A stretch of DNA of 64,000 bases. Source: Obrimoposthia wandeli (taxonomy: Eukaryota). Position numbers and translations under genes: made by a program. The DNA lies in NCBI GenBank assembly GCA_977020255.1, contig CDROCS010002724.1:1-64000 (forward strand). The letters are read 5' to 3'. This document shows, in pieces, positions 40,517 through 50,313 of the stretch (within the stretch, counting starts at the first letter, position 1; each line of letters starts with the position of its first letter). The notes beneath the pieces are model-generated. The model saw nothing but the letters and a program-made list of their open reading frames with translations. It was not told the DNA's origin and ran no database searches.

Positions 40517-41685
40517 ATTTTTCTTTTCTTTTTTATGATATCTTTTAAGAAATTACTCCAGAGCCAAGTAATTTTCGGATTTTCAAATTCAACATACAAT
40601 CCATTTTCGACTTTATGAAGCGTTGCTTTTTCTAATTTCTGACGGTAACGAATTCGAGCTTCAACTTCCATTGTTTCGCCAGACTTTAATCCTAAATCTT
40701 TACGAACCCAATGTAATTCTTCATTAGACACAAATAACACATTTCTATATAAACCTTGGTGATTTTTACCTTCACCTGTATAAATTACATTTTCGTTTAC
40801 ATCGGTTTCAATAACATACAAAGCTTCTTTGGTTCCTCCTACATTTAAACCTTTACGTTGTCCTTTTGTAAAATAGTGCGCTCCTTGATGTTTACCTACT
40901 GTTTTTCCATCCTCTTTGTTGTATGAGAATTTTGTTGAAAAATAACTTAGTTCTGCTTCTTTATTTTCAAACTTCGGAATTGAACGCGTATATTGTTCAA
41001 AACCTGAAGGGATTTGTACTATTACACCTTCTTTAGTTTCTAATTTTTGCTGTAAAAAATCTGGTAAACGGACTTTACCTATAAAACATAATCCTTGAGA
41101 ATCTTTTTTATCCGCAGTAATTAAATCTGCTTTTTTTGCAATTTCTCTAACTTCTGGCTTTGTTAATTCACCAATAGGAAACATTGCTTTAGATAATTGT
41201 TTTTGCGATAATTGACATAAAAAATACGACTGATCTTTGTTATTGTCTTTTCCTGCTAATAATTTATAAACAGTATTTCCGTCAATAACTTCTTCATCCT
41301 TTCTGCAATAATGACCCGTTGCCACATAATCGGCTCCAAGACTTAAAGCGATATCCATAAAAACATCAAACTTAATTTCTCGGTTACATAAAACATCCGG
41401 ATTTGGTGTGCGACCTTTTTCGTATTCATTAAACATATAATCTACAATACGTTCTTTGTATTGGTCGCTTAAATCTACTGTTTGAAAAGGAATTCCTAAT
41501 TTATCGGCAACAATCATTGCATCATTGCTGTCTTCTAACCAAGGGCATTCATCAGATATGGTTACCGAATCGTCATGCCAGTTCTTCATAAACAAACCGA
41601 TTACTTCGTATCCTTGTTCTTTTAATAAATATGCGGTTACACTACTATCTACACCACCCGAAAGTCCTACTACTACTCTTTTCAT
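40513..41685 (-). CDS. mnmA: tRNA 2-thiouridylase MnmA with frameshifted, aberrant C-terminus
   Basis: [31 protein letters not shown]; after ENP the frame shifts and the native-looking LLGSGVIS* lies in another frame (40571..40545). Confidence 0.93.
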   Translation of the reverse strand: MKRVVVGLSGGVDSSVTAYLLKEQGYEVIGLFMKNWHDDSVTISDECPWLEDSNDAMIVADKLGIPFQTVDLSDQYKERIVDYMFNEYEKGRTPNPDVLCNREIKFDVFMDIALSLGADYVATGHYCRKDEEVIDGNTVYKLLAGKDNNKDQSYFLCQLSQKQLSKAMFPIGELTKPEVREIAKKADLITADKKDSQGLCFIGKVRLPDFLQQKLETKEGVIVQIPSGFEQYTRSIPKFENKEAELSYFSTKFSYNKEDGKTVGKHQGAHYFTKGQRKGLNVGGTKEALYVIETDVNENVIYTGEGKNHQGLYRNVLFVSNEELHWVRKDLGLKSGETMEVEARIRYRQKLEKATLHKVENGLYVEFENPKITWLWSNFLKDIIKKKRKI

Positions 41686-41775
41686 TCTTTACTTTTGTGA
41701 GCTGCAAATTTACGAATAAGTTTCTATTTTCATAATGGATAAAACTAATAGAATCATCAATTTAATTGATTGCTA

Positions 41776-42474
41776 TTAATTACCATTTTTTAAGTCAGAT
41801 AGTTTTTCTTTTTTCCTTTTATCAACAATTTCACCATCCATATAAAACTCCCACTTCCCTACTCTTTTTCCGTTTTTATAGATACCTTTTTCCTTAATAC
41901 CTCCTTTTAAATCGTAGTATTTACCTTCTCCTTCTAACTTTCCGTTTACATAAAGTACGTCTTCAATTAAAATTGCAGAATCTGTGAATGTTTTAGAAAC
42001 TCCATCTTTTTTACCATCTTTATAAGATGTTTCTTGAGTTACATTTCCGTTTGGGTAATAATTTTTAAGAGTTCCATCTAGCTTTCCATCTTTATACTCT
42101 TCTTCAGAAAAAGTCTTTCCGTTCGAAAAATAATAAATCCATTTACCGATGCGGTTTTTTCCTATCATTTTACCAGCACTTTTAAGCGTACCTAATTCGT
42201 TGTAAAACTTAACAGTTGCTGTATCATTAACAAACGTTTTTACAATTGTTGGTATAGTTGACGATGTAATATTGTAAAATTTAAAAACGCCAACTTCTTT
42301 ACCGTCTTTAAACGCTCCTGAATAACGGATTTTTCCATTATCATAATTCTTTTTCCAAACTCCAGTTCTTTTTCCGTTCGCATCTAATTTATTTAATTTC
42401 TGAGCTTCTACAGAAACCATAAAAAAAACTGATAATAAAAGTACTGTTGAAAATATCCTCTTTATATTTAGCAT
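41776..42474 (-). CDS. MORN-variant (YwqK-like) repeat protein
   Basis: Signal peptide; repeated G.W.YY.NG units. Confidence 0.85.
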   Translation of the reverse strand: MLNIKRIFSTVLLLSVFFMVSVEAQKLNKLDANGKRTGVWKKNYDNGKIRYSGAFKDGKEVGVFKFYNITSSTIPTIVKTFVNDTATVKFYNELGTLKSAGKMIGKNRIGKWIYYFSNGKTFSEEEYKDGKLDGTLKNYYPNGNVTQETSYKDGKKDGVSKTFTDSAILIEDVLYVNGKLEGEGKYYDLKGGIKEKGIYKNGKRVGKWEFYMDGEIVDKRKKEKLSDLKNGN

Positions 42475-42536
42475 TGATAATTTTTTTACTTAGTTTGATA
42501 ACTTACTAAAATCAAAAATACACAAACCGTACCAAT

Positions 42537-43118
42537 ATGAGTATCGATTTTTTAATTTCTGTTTTAAATGACATGAAAAATCCTGCTAGGGTAAACAGAA
42601 ATAATGCTGCAAATATTGTATTAGCACAACCAAACTTAATAAAACATTTAGTTGATTTAACTTTTGATGTAAATAATAAGCTCTCAATTAAGGCTGCTTG
42701 GGTGTTAGAATGGATTTGTACGCATCACGGAATTGAATACATCCACCCTTACATTACTACTTTTATTGATAATATATCGAAGGTACAATTTGATAGCGCC
42801 ACAAGACCTTGTGCTAAAATCTGTGAACATTTGGCAAACGCATATACTTCTAAAAAAGAAAATGAAACACAAATTATAGTAACACAAAAGCATATAGATA
42901 CAATTATTGAAGTTGGATTTGATTGGTTAATTACTGATCAAAAAATAGCGGTACGTGCTTATACCATGAATAGTTTATATTTATTCGGATTGCAGAAAGA
43001 TTGGGTGCATCCAGAATTACAACATTTAATTAGTTCAAAAATCATTCATGAAAGCAAAGGTTGTAAAGCTCGTGGAAAATATATTTTAAAATTGATTGAT
43101 AAACAAAAAAATAAGTAA
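42537..43118 (+). CDS. Conserved helical (ARM/HEAT-like) hypothetical protein
   Basis: KAAWVLE, RPCAKICE, QKIAVRAY helical pattern. Confidence 0.65.
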   Translation: MSIDFLISVLNDMKNPARVNRNNAANIVLAQPNLIKHLVDLTFDVNNKLSIKAAWVLEWICTHHGIEYIHPYITTFIDNISKVQFDSATRPCAKICEHLANAYTSKKENETQIIVTQKHIDTIIEVGFDWLITDQKIAVRAYTMNSLYLFGLQKDWVHPELQHLISSKIIHESKGCKARGKYILKLIDKQKNK

Positions 43119-43142
43119 CTCTTTATTTTAGAAAAAACTTCA

Positions 43143-43205
43143 TTCGGAAATAATAATACCATTTTCGAAAACAATAATGCTATGTTCGAAAAATAGCATA
43201 TAAAA
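43143..43205 (+). repeat. Three direct repeats with an exact 21-bp period
   Basis: TTCGGAAATAATAATACCATT / TTCGAAAACAATAATGCTATG / TTCGAAAAATAGCATATAAAA at 43143, 43164, 43185. Confidence 0.75.
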
Positions 43206-43289
43206 GAAACCTTAATTTTTATTAAATTTAACTAATTATTAATCAATAAATTATATAATTATGTTAAAAGAAATTTTAAATCTAAAAGG

Positions 43290-43664
43290 TGTCAGAAAAT
43301 GACAAAATTTTAGATACTCTTCTAAAGATTCTACCATAAACACAAAAAGGAAGATAGTTCATAACCAGGAATAGGAGACTTAATTTATTAAACCTAACTT
43401 CGGACTCTGGAAATGTTTTCGAAACAATTCAAAAATTAAACTACGACAGATCACTTCTTTTCTCTCATTTTCTGTTGATTTATATTACAGTAATTCAAAA
43501 GATTTTACAAGTGTTATATAAGATTATGGAAAGTAAACAGACGATCAGCTATGTTAATTACAAATATTAATTTTGAAAGTAATACGTATGAAGGTTTTTT
43601 AGATACTTTTCAAATATGGAATGAGCAAATTAATGCAAACCATATATTGAAACTCTTAAATTAG
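43290..43664 (+). pseudogene. Possible decayed gene remnant
   Basis: Short protein-like fragments in shifting frames, e.g. MLITNINFESNTYEGFLDTFQIWNEQINANHILKLLN (43551..43664); 5' boundary approximate. Confidence 0.35.
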
Positions 43665-43774
43665 TAATAGTATTTAGAAATCTACATTCCTAAAATCATA
43701 AAAATAAACTCTTTAAATGATTTTCATAAAATGCAAACTATCTATCTAAATTAACACAAATATAAATTTGAAGT

Positions 43775-43798
43775 AAGACGAGCTACATAGCTCGTCTT
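43775..43798. terminator. Hairpin, probable terminator
   Basis: AAGACGAGCTA-CA-TAGCTCGTCTT next to the 3' end of the desaturase gene. Confidence 0.6.
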
Positions 43799-43801
43799 TA
43801 A

Positions 43802-44629
43802 TTAATTTTTAATAGGTTTCCTATAACCAACAAAAGGTTGCTTTAGTAACTCTTTTAAACTCGCATTCTTCTTTGCGTCAGGAAATGTATCTACTCCGTA
43901 CACAATTTTATCTCTGTCGAGTTCCATATATGTTCCGAATAAGCGATCCCAAATAGAAAAAATATTTCCGTAATTAGAATCCGTGTATGGCAACATATTA
44001 TGATGATGAATTTTATGCATATCTGGTGATACAATTATATAACTCAGTATTTTATCGAGTTTTTTAGGCATTTTTATATTTGCGTGTGTTAACTGTGTAA
44101 AAATTAACGAAATTGATTGATACAACATTATAATTGCGATTGGAGTTCCCACTAAGAAAACACCTACAAGTGTAAAAATAAAACGAATTACACTTTCTAA
44201 AGGATGATGTCGGTTTGCCGTAGTTGTATCTACCTCATGATCGGTATGATGCACCAAATGAACCATCCAAAGTTTTGGTGTTTTATGTTCGGTAAAATGC
44301 GCTAAATATGCTCCGAAGAAATCTAAAAACAACACGCCTAAAACTACATATAACCACAGTGGCATTTCTGGAAGCCAATTAATCAATCCGAAATTATTTA
44401 CTTCTACCCAATCTGCCGTTTTTAACAACAAAAAAGCAAGTGTAAAATTAATTACAATGGTAGTTGCCGTAAAAAACAAATTCGGAAAAGCATGTTTCCA
44501 TTTACTGTATTTAAATCCAAATAAAGGGATCGCTCCTTCCAATAGCCAGAAAAAAGTAATTCCACCAACTAAAATTAAACTTCGGTGACTAGACGGTATC
44601 GTCTCAAAATAATGAATAAGGGTTTCCAA
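43802..44629 (-). CDS. Sterol desaturase / fatty acid hydroxylase family protein
   Basis: His boxes H.TEH, HLVHH, HHP, HKIHH; SNYGNIFSIWDRLFGT. Confidence 0.9.
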   Translation of the reverse strand: METLIHYFETIPSSHRSLILVGGITFFWLLEGAIPLFGFKYSKWKHAFPNLFFTATTIVINFTLAFLLLKTADWVEVNNFGLINWLPEMPLWLYVVLGVLFLDFFGAYLAHFTEHKTPKLWMVHLVHHTDHEVDTTTANRHHPLESVIRFIFTLVGVFLVGTPIAIIMLYQSISLIFTQLTHANIKMPKKLDKILSYIIVSPDMHKIHHHNMLPYTDSNYGNIFSIWDRLFGTYMELDRDKIVYGVDTFPDAKKNASLKELLKQPFVGYRKPIKN

Positions 44630-44662
44630 CGTAAAATATTTTTCTAAAAATAAGAAAATTTA

Positions 44663-45190
44663 TTAACCTAATCTTTTTATTTTCTCGTTAGATCTAACTG
44701 GCAAGCGCTTTTTAAGTTCTTCAACAATTCTATATGTTGCAGGACAAATAGCTGTATTTGCTATCGTTAAATCAGATATTTGAATAAATTTCTTACGATT
44801 TGTATGTGGGTATTCTGAACACGCTTTTGGGCGCACATCATAAATAAAGCATGAATTATCACTTTCATCAAAAAATGAACATGGCGCCGTTTTTAACACC
44901 ATAAAATCATCTTTATCACGCTCTAAATATTGACCTTCAAAATCTCTAACTTTCATTTTTAAATGCTTCGCAATACGCTCAGTGTCTTTATCTGTAAAAA
45001 TCGGACTTGTAGTTTTACAACAGTTACCACAATCTAAACAATCTGTTTTAGCAAACTCTTTTTCATGTATATCTTGCACTACAACATCAAAGTTTTTAGG
45101 CACTCGCTTTTTTATGGTTGCAAAGTATTTTTTATTTTGCTTTTCTACGTCTGCGGCTAACTTTTCTAAATTCTCTAAATCTTTATCCAT
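44663..45190 (-). CDS. YkgJ-family cysteine cluster protein
   Basis: CLDCGNCC, PCSF...CFIYDVRPKACSEYP. Confidence 0.9.
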   Translation of the reverse strand: MDKDLENLEKLAADVEKQNKKYFATIKKRVPKNFDVVVQDIHEKEFAKTDCLDCGNCCKTTSPIFTDKDTERIAKHLKMKVRDFEGQYLERDKDDFMVLKTAPCSFFDESDNSCFIYDVRPKACSEYPHTNRKKFIQISDLTIANTAICPATYRIVEELKKRLPVRSNEKIKRLG

Positions 45191-45366
45191 AATTTTATTT
45201 TAAGAAGAAGTTTCGCCCTTGTTATTTAACACATAATTACCTGAAATAATATTCAGAAATTTTAAAGACAAAACTTACTGCAAAACTAACCATATAAATT
45301 GTTAGAATCAGTTTAAATATCATCCAAATAAATTATGTAATTTTGCACTTCAATTTTCAACAACTA

Positions 45367-47151
45367 ATGAGCATACAAACCTTAATAGAAACCAAAGTAA
45401 AAGAAGGATTTTTAGCCTTATATAATATTGATATTCCTACTGTAGAATTTCAAGCAACTCGTAAAGATTTTGAAGGAGATATCACCGTAGTGGTTTTTCC
45501 TCTTTTAAGGTATAAAAAAGGGAATCCTGTTCAGATAGGTAACGATTTAGGCGCTTATTTAGTTGAAAACGTTACTGAAATCACCAATTTTAATGTAGTA
45601 AAAGGTTTCTTAAACTTAGTAATTGAAAATAGTTTTTATACTGATTTCTTTAATAAAATAGCGACAGATACCTCTTACGGATTTGTTTCGCCTTTGGCGG
45701 ATGATTCTTCTCGTATGGTAGAATATTCATCGCCAAACACCAACAAACCTTTACACTTAGGGCATGTTCGTAATGTGTTATTAGGATATTCGGTTGCTGA
45801 AATTTTAAAAGCATCGGGTAAAAAAGTATACAAAACACAGATTATTAACGATCGCGGAATTCATATCTGTAAATCGATGTTAGCTTGGGAACGTTTTGGT
45901 AACGGAGAAACTCCAGAATCAACAGGTTTAAAAGGTGATAAATTAGTAGGGAATTACTACGTAAAATTCGATCAAGAATATAAAAAAGAAATTGCAACTT
46001 TAGTTGCCTCAGGTATTTCTGAAGATGATGCAAAAAAACAAGCGCCTTTATTTTTAGAAGCGCAAGTAATGCTTCGTAAATGGGAAGCTGGAGATGAGCA
46101 AGTTGTTACCCTTTGGAAAGAAATGAATTCTTGGGTTTATAAAGGTTTTGATGTTACTTATAAGAGTATTGGAGTAGATTTTGATAAATTATATTACGAA
46201 AGCAACACCTATTTATTAGGAAAAGATGTTGTTGAACAAGGGTTAGAAAGTGGGGTTTTCTTCAAAAAAGAAGATGGCTCTGTTTGGTGTGATTTATCCG
46301 AAGATGGTTTGGATGAAAAACTGGTATTGCGTTCTGATGGAACTTCTGTTTATATGACGCAAGATATTGGTACTGCAATTCAGCGTTCTAAAGACATGCC
46401 AGATGTTGGCGGAATGGTATATACAGTTGGTAACGAGCAAGATTATCACTTTAAAGTATTGTTTTTAATTTTAAAGAAATTAGGGTATTCTTGGGCAAAG
46501 CAATTGCATCATTTAAGCTACGGAATGGTAGATTTACCTTCTGGAAAAATGAAATCTCGTGAAGGAACTGTTGTAGATGCTGATGACTTGATGGATGAAA
46601 TGACTGGAACAGCAAGAACTATTTCGCAAGAATTAGGAAAGTTAGAAGGGTATTCTAATGAAGAAAAAGAGGAACTATACAGAGTTATTGGTTTAGGTGC
46701 TTTAAAATATTTTATATTAAAAGTAGATCCTAAAAAGAGAATTTTATTCGACCCAAAAGCATCGGTAGATTTTCAAGGAAATACAGGACCTTTTATTCAA
46801 TATACCTATGCTAGAATTCAATCTATTTTAAGAAAAGCAGATTTCGACTACAATGTCATATCGAGCGCAGCCGAGATAGAACTACACCCTAAAGAAAAAG
46901 AATTAATAAAACAATTAGAATTATATCCTGAAGTAATTCAGCAAGCAGCGAAGAATTATTCACCAGCAGTAATTGCTAATTACACGTATGAATTAGTAAA
47001 AGAATTCAATTCTTTTTACCAAAACGTACACATTTTAGGAGAAGAGAATCAAGATAAAAAAATATTTAGAGTTCAGTTATCTAAAAAGGTAGCCGATACT
47101 ATAAAATCAGCATTTAATTTATTAGGAATTCAGGTTCCTGAGAGAATGTAG
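45367..47151 (+). CDS. argS: Arginine--tRNA ligase
   Basis: SSPNTNKPLHLGHVRN, KMKSREG, GNTGPFIQY; ATG 45367. Confidence 0.97.
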   Translation: MSIQTLIETKVKEGFLALYNIDIPTVEFQATRKDFEGDITVVVFPLLRYKKGNPVQIGNDLGAYLVENVTEITNFNVVKGFLNLVIENSFYTDFFNKIATDTSYGFVSPLADDSSRMVEYSSPNTNKPLHLGHVRNVLLGYSVAEILKASGKKVYKTQIINDRGIHICKSMLAWERFGNGETPESTGLKGDKLVGNYYVKFDQEYKKEIATLVASGISEDDAKKQAPLFLEAQVMLRKWEAGDEQVVTLWKEMNSWVYKGFDVTYKSIGVDFDKLYYESNTYLLGKDVVEQGLESGVFFKKEDGSVWCDLSEDGLDEKLVLRSDGTSVYMTQDIGTAIQRSKDMPDVGGMVYTVGNEQDYHFKVLFLILKKLGYSWAKQLHHLSYGMVDLPSGKMKSREGTVVDADDLMDEMTGTARTISQELGKLEGYSNEEKEELYRVIGLGALKYFILKVDPKKRILFDPKASVDFQGNTGPFIQYTYARIQSILRKADFDYNVISSAAEIELHPKEKELIKQLELYPEVIQQAAKNYSPAVIANYTYELVKEFNSFYQNVHILGEENQDKKIFRVQLSKKVADTIKSAFNLLGIQVPERM

Positions 47152-47168
47152 AAAATTAATAAGTACAC

Positions 47169-47286
47169 GCGTTAGGGATTGAACGGTGTGTTTGAGCTCT
47201 TTTTAGTTGTCAGTTCGAGTAAATTTATGAAGAATGAATAAATTTGTATCGAGAACAAAACTAAAAAAGCGAGTAGTGAAAGCCCG
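47169..47286 (+). ncRNA. Flavo-1-like structured repeat element carrying an internal REP-like insert
   Basis: GCGTTAGGGATTGAACGG at 5' end and AGCGAGTAGTGAAAGCCCG at 3' end resemble my recollection of the Flavo-1 motif; TTTTAGTT/AACTAAAA stem. Confidence 0.55.
47209..47256 (+). repeat. REP-like element GTCAGTTCGAGT...TGTATCGAGAAC
   Basis: Both half-motifs are visible; a degenerate inverted copy (TTCTCGATA...AATCGAGGCAAC) follows at 47301..47340. Confidence 0.55.
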
Positions 47287-47384
47287 CTCGAACGCCCAAC
47301 TTCTCGATATGATTCTGAAAATGAAATCAATCGAGGCAACATAAATAAAAAGAATAAACAAACAACAAGTAAAAAATAAACGAC

Positions 47385-48773
47385 ATGAAATACGACGTAT
47401 TAATAATAGGAAGTGGTCCTGGAGGATATGTAACTGCAATTAGAGCATCTCAATTAGGATTTAAAGTTGGAGTAATTGAAAAAGAAAGCTTAGGTGGAAT
47501 TTGCTTAAATTGGGGATGTATTCCTACAAAAGCATTATTAAAATCTGCTCAAGTTTACGATTACTTAAAACATGTTGATCAATATGGTTTAAAGGCAGAA
47601 GCAATCGATAAAGATTTCGAAGCTGTTATTAAACGTAGTCGTGGTGTTGCTGAAGGAATGAGCAAAGGTGTTTCTTTTTTAATGAAGAAAAACAAAATTG
47701 ACATCATTAACGGTTTTGGTAAAATTAAAACTGGTAAAAAAGTAGCTGTTACTGCCGAAGACGGAACTGTAACTGAATATAGCGCTGATAATATTATTAT
47801 TGCAACAGGTGCTCGATCAAGAGTATTACCAAATTTACCACAAGATGGTAAAAAAGTAATCGGTTATCGTGAAGCAATGAGCTTACCAAGTCAACCTAAA
47901 TCTATGATTGTTGTAGGTTCTGGTGCTATTGGTGTTGAGTTTGCGCATTTTTACAACTCTATGGGAACTGATGTTACTGTGGTAGAGTTTATGCCAAACA
48001 TTGTGCCTGTTGAAGATAAAGATGTTTCTAAACAAATGGAACGTTCTTTTAAGAAAGCCGGAATTAAAGTAATGACAAGTTCTTCTGTAGAATCTGTTGA
48101 TACTTCTGGTGACGGAGTAAAAGCGACCGTTAAAACTAAAAAAGGAGAAGAAATTTTAGAAGCTGACATTTTATTATCTGCTGTTGGAATTAAAACAAAC
48201 ATTGAAAACATCGGTTTAGAAGATGTTGGAATTGTTACTGATAGAGATAAAGTATTGGTAAATGATTTCTACCAAACTAACATTCCTGGATACTACGCTA
48301 TTGGAGATATTACTCCTGGTCCTGCTTTAGCACACGTTGCTTCTGCCGAAGGAATTACTTTGGTTGAAAAATTAGCTGGTGTACATACTGAAGCAATCGA
48401 TTACGGAAACATTCCTGGTTGTACATACGCTACTCCAGAAATTGCTTCTGTTGGTTTAACTGAAGAACAAGCTAAAGAAAAAGGATACGAATTAAAAGTA
48501 GGTAAATTTCCTTTCTCTGCTTCTGGTAAAGCAACTGCAGCTGGAACGCCAGACGGATTTGTAAAAGTAATTTTTGATGCTAAGTACGGTGAATGGTTAG
48601 GTTGCCATATGATTGGTGCCGGAGTTACTGATATGATTGCTGAAGCTGTTTTAGGGCGTAAGTTAGAAACTACAGGTCATGAAGTATTAAAAACAATTCA
48701 CCCTCACCCAACGATGAGTGAAGCGGTGATGGAAGCTGTTGCGGATGCTTATGATGAAGTAATTCACCTATAA
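47385..48773 (+). CDS. lpdA: Dihydrolipoamide dehydrogenase
   Basis: GSGPGGY, GGICLNWGCIPTK, HPHPTMSE. Confidence 0.97.
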   Translation: MKYDVLIIGSGPGGYVTAIRASQLGFKVGVIEKESLGGICLNWGCIPTKALLKSAQVYDYLKHVDQYGLKAEAIDKDFEAVIKRSRGVAEGMSKGVSFLMKKNKIDIINGFGKIKTGKKVAVTAEDGTVTEYSADNIIIATGARSRVLPNLPQDGKKVIGYREAMSLPSQPKSMIVVGSGAIGVEFAHFYNSMGTDVTVVEFMPNIVPVEDKDVSKQMERSFKKAGIKVMTSSSVESVDTSGDGVKATVKTKKGEEILEADILLSAVGIKTNIENIGLEDVGIVTDRDKVLVNDFYQTNIPGYYAIGDITPGPALAHVASAEGITLVEKLAGVHTEAIDYGNIPGCTYATPEIASVGLTEEQAKEKGYELKVGKFPFSASGKATAAGTPDGFVKVIFDAKYGEWLGCHMIGAGVTDMIAEAVLGRKLETTGHEVLKTIHPHPTMSEAVMEAVADAYDEVIHL

Positions 48774-48796
48774 AACTCTTAAAGTTTATATAATTG

Positions 48797-48830
48797 AAAC
48801 CTCGCCTATTTATTGGGCGAGGTTTTTTTT
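48797..48830 (+). terminator. Intrinsic terminator of lpdA
   Basis: AAACCTCGCC-TATTTATT-GGGCGAGGTTTTTTTT. Confidence 0.85.
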
Positions 48831-48842
48831 ATATCTTTGAGC

Positions 48843-49295
48843 ATGAAAAAATTAATCCCAATATTCGCTTTATTAATTGTATGTTTTTATTCTTGTAAAA
48901 CAGAAGAAAAAAAAGCTACTACACATCCCTTAAACGTTCCTTTTAACGAACGTCCAGCCCCTATGCTTCCTAACATGAATAACGCTGCAACTAGTGTTGT
49001 AGGTGGCGCACATTATATATGTCCTAAAAAATGTAAAGGAGGAACTTCTGGTGTTAAAGGCGCTTGTCCTGTTTGTAAAACAGCCCTTGCACACAACCAA
49101 GGGTTTCATAATACACCACAAACACTTACTACAACACCAATGTCTACTCCTGTAGCACCACCTGCTGCCGGACCAAATGCTGCTGGTCAATATCACTATA
49201 CTTGTGCTAACGGTTGTGCTGGAGGTGGTGACGCCGCAGGTAAATGTAATAGTTGTGCTGGAGACTTAGCACATAATGCTGCTTTTCATAGTTAG
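48843..49295 (+). CDS. Lipoprotein with two Cys/His heavy-metal-binding-like repeats
   Basis: Lipobox FYSC; HYICPKKC...CPVC...LAHN and HYTCANGC...CNSC...LAHN; ATG 48843. Confidence 0.8.
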   Translation: MKKLIPIFALLIVCFYSCKTEEKKATTHPLNVPFNERPAPMLPNMNNAATSVVGGAHYICPKKCKGGTSGVKGACPVCKTALAHNQGFHNTPQTLTTTPMSTPVAPPAAGPNAAGQYHYTCANGCAGGGDAAGKCNSCAGDLAHNAAFHS

Positions 49296-49323
49296 AAATA
49301 AAACTATAAATTTTATACTATTG

Positions 49324-49354
49324 AAGCCTCACCTATTTGGTGAGGCTTTTTTTT
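49324..49354 (+). terminator. Intrinsic terminator (homologous to the lpdA terminator)
   Basis: AAGCCTCACC-TATTT-GGTGAGGCTTTTTTTT. Confidence 0.85.
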
Positions 49355-49413
49355 AGTTTTATTTTCTATAACTTTATCCATAAAACAATATCTACCTTAA
49401 ATGTTTTTAATTT

Positions 49414-50313
49414 ATGAAGAAATTTTTAATAATAGTTCTAATAGTCATTTCTTGTAAAAATGTTAATAATGATACTGTAAAAACAAGTTTTGAAATCGTT
49501 AAAAGCAATGGTTATGAATTGCATAAGCCAACAAAAAACATAAAAGCCATTTTAATTCTTTTTGGTGGTTATCCTGAAAAAACAGCGGATATAAAAAGAG
49601 AATTCCCAATACTTAAAAGAGCTAAGAAGAAGAATATTGCTGTTTTATATCTGAATTATAATCAAAAATTATGGCTAGAAAAAAGTGAAAAGAAAAAACT
49701 AGTAACTCAACTTCAAAACATCTTTAAAAACAACGTATTACCTACAGATAATATTTATATCGGAGGTTTTTCAAGTGGAGGAAATGTTTCTTTATTAATT
49801 AGTGATTTTATAGCTGAAACAAAAATAAACATAGTGCCAAAAGGGGTTTTTATTATCGATTCTCCTATTGATCTGATAGCGCTTTACAAAAGTGCTGAAA
49901 AAAATATAAATCGTAATTTTTCTAAAATAGCAGTTCAAGAAAGTAATTGGATCCTTAAAACTTTAGGTAAAAAATTAGGGAACCCAAATAAAGATATCTC
50001 TAACTATGAGAAATACGCTGTTTACACTTCTAAAACGAATAATATTGACAATCTAAAAAACTTAAAAAATATTAAAATCAGATTTTACACTGAACCTGAT
50101 ACTATTTGGTGGAGGAAAGAAAGAATGGCTGATTATAAACAAACGAACGCTTATTACATCAAAAGTCTTTCAAAAACATTGATCAAATCAAAATTTAAAA
50201 ATGTTGAATATATACCAACAATAAACAAAGGCTATAGAGCGAACGGAGAAAAGCATCCTCATAGCTGGTCGATAGTAAATAAAGAGAACTTAATAGAATG
50301 GATGTTAAATTAA
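49414..50313 (+). CDS. Lipoprotein with alpha/beta-hydrolase-like fold
   Basis: Lipobox VISC; GGFSSGG nucleophile elbow; HPHSWS. Confidence 0.7.
   Translation: MKKFLIIVLIVISCKNVNNDTVKTSFEIVKSNGYELHKPTKNIKAILILFGGYPEKTADIKREFPILKRAKKKNIAVLYLNYNQKLWLEKSEKKKLVTQLQNIFKNNVLPTDNIYIGGFSSGGNVSLLISDFIAETKINIVPKGVFIIDSPIDLIALYKSAEKNINRNFSKIAVQESNWILKTLGKKLGNPNKDISNYEKYAVYTSKTNNIDNLKNLKNIKIRFYTEPDTIWWRKERMADYKQTNAYYIKSLSKTLIKSKFKNVEYIPTINKGYRANGEKHPHSWSIVNKENLIEWMLN

Noticed and set aside
41776-42474. YwqK-like protein as an antitoxin
   Set aside because: Has a signal peptide and no adjacent toxin; MORN-variant repeats are generic in Bacteroidetes
43143-43205. Mini CRISPR array
   Set aside because: Units are contiguous 21-mers without unique spacers; no cas genes
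47203-47439. 78-aa minus-strand ORF across the repeat element
   Set aside because: Spans structured non-coding repeats and overlaps lpdA antisense
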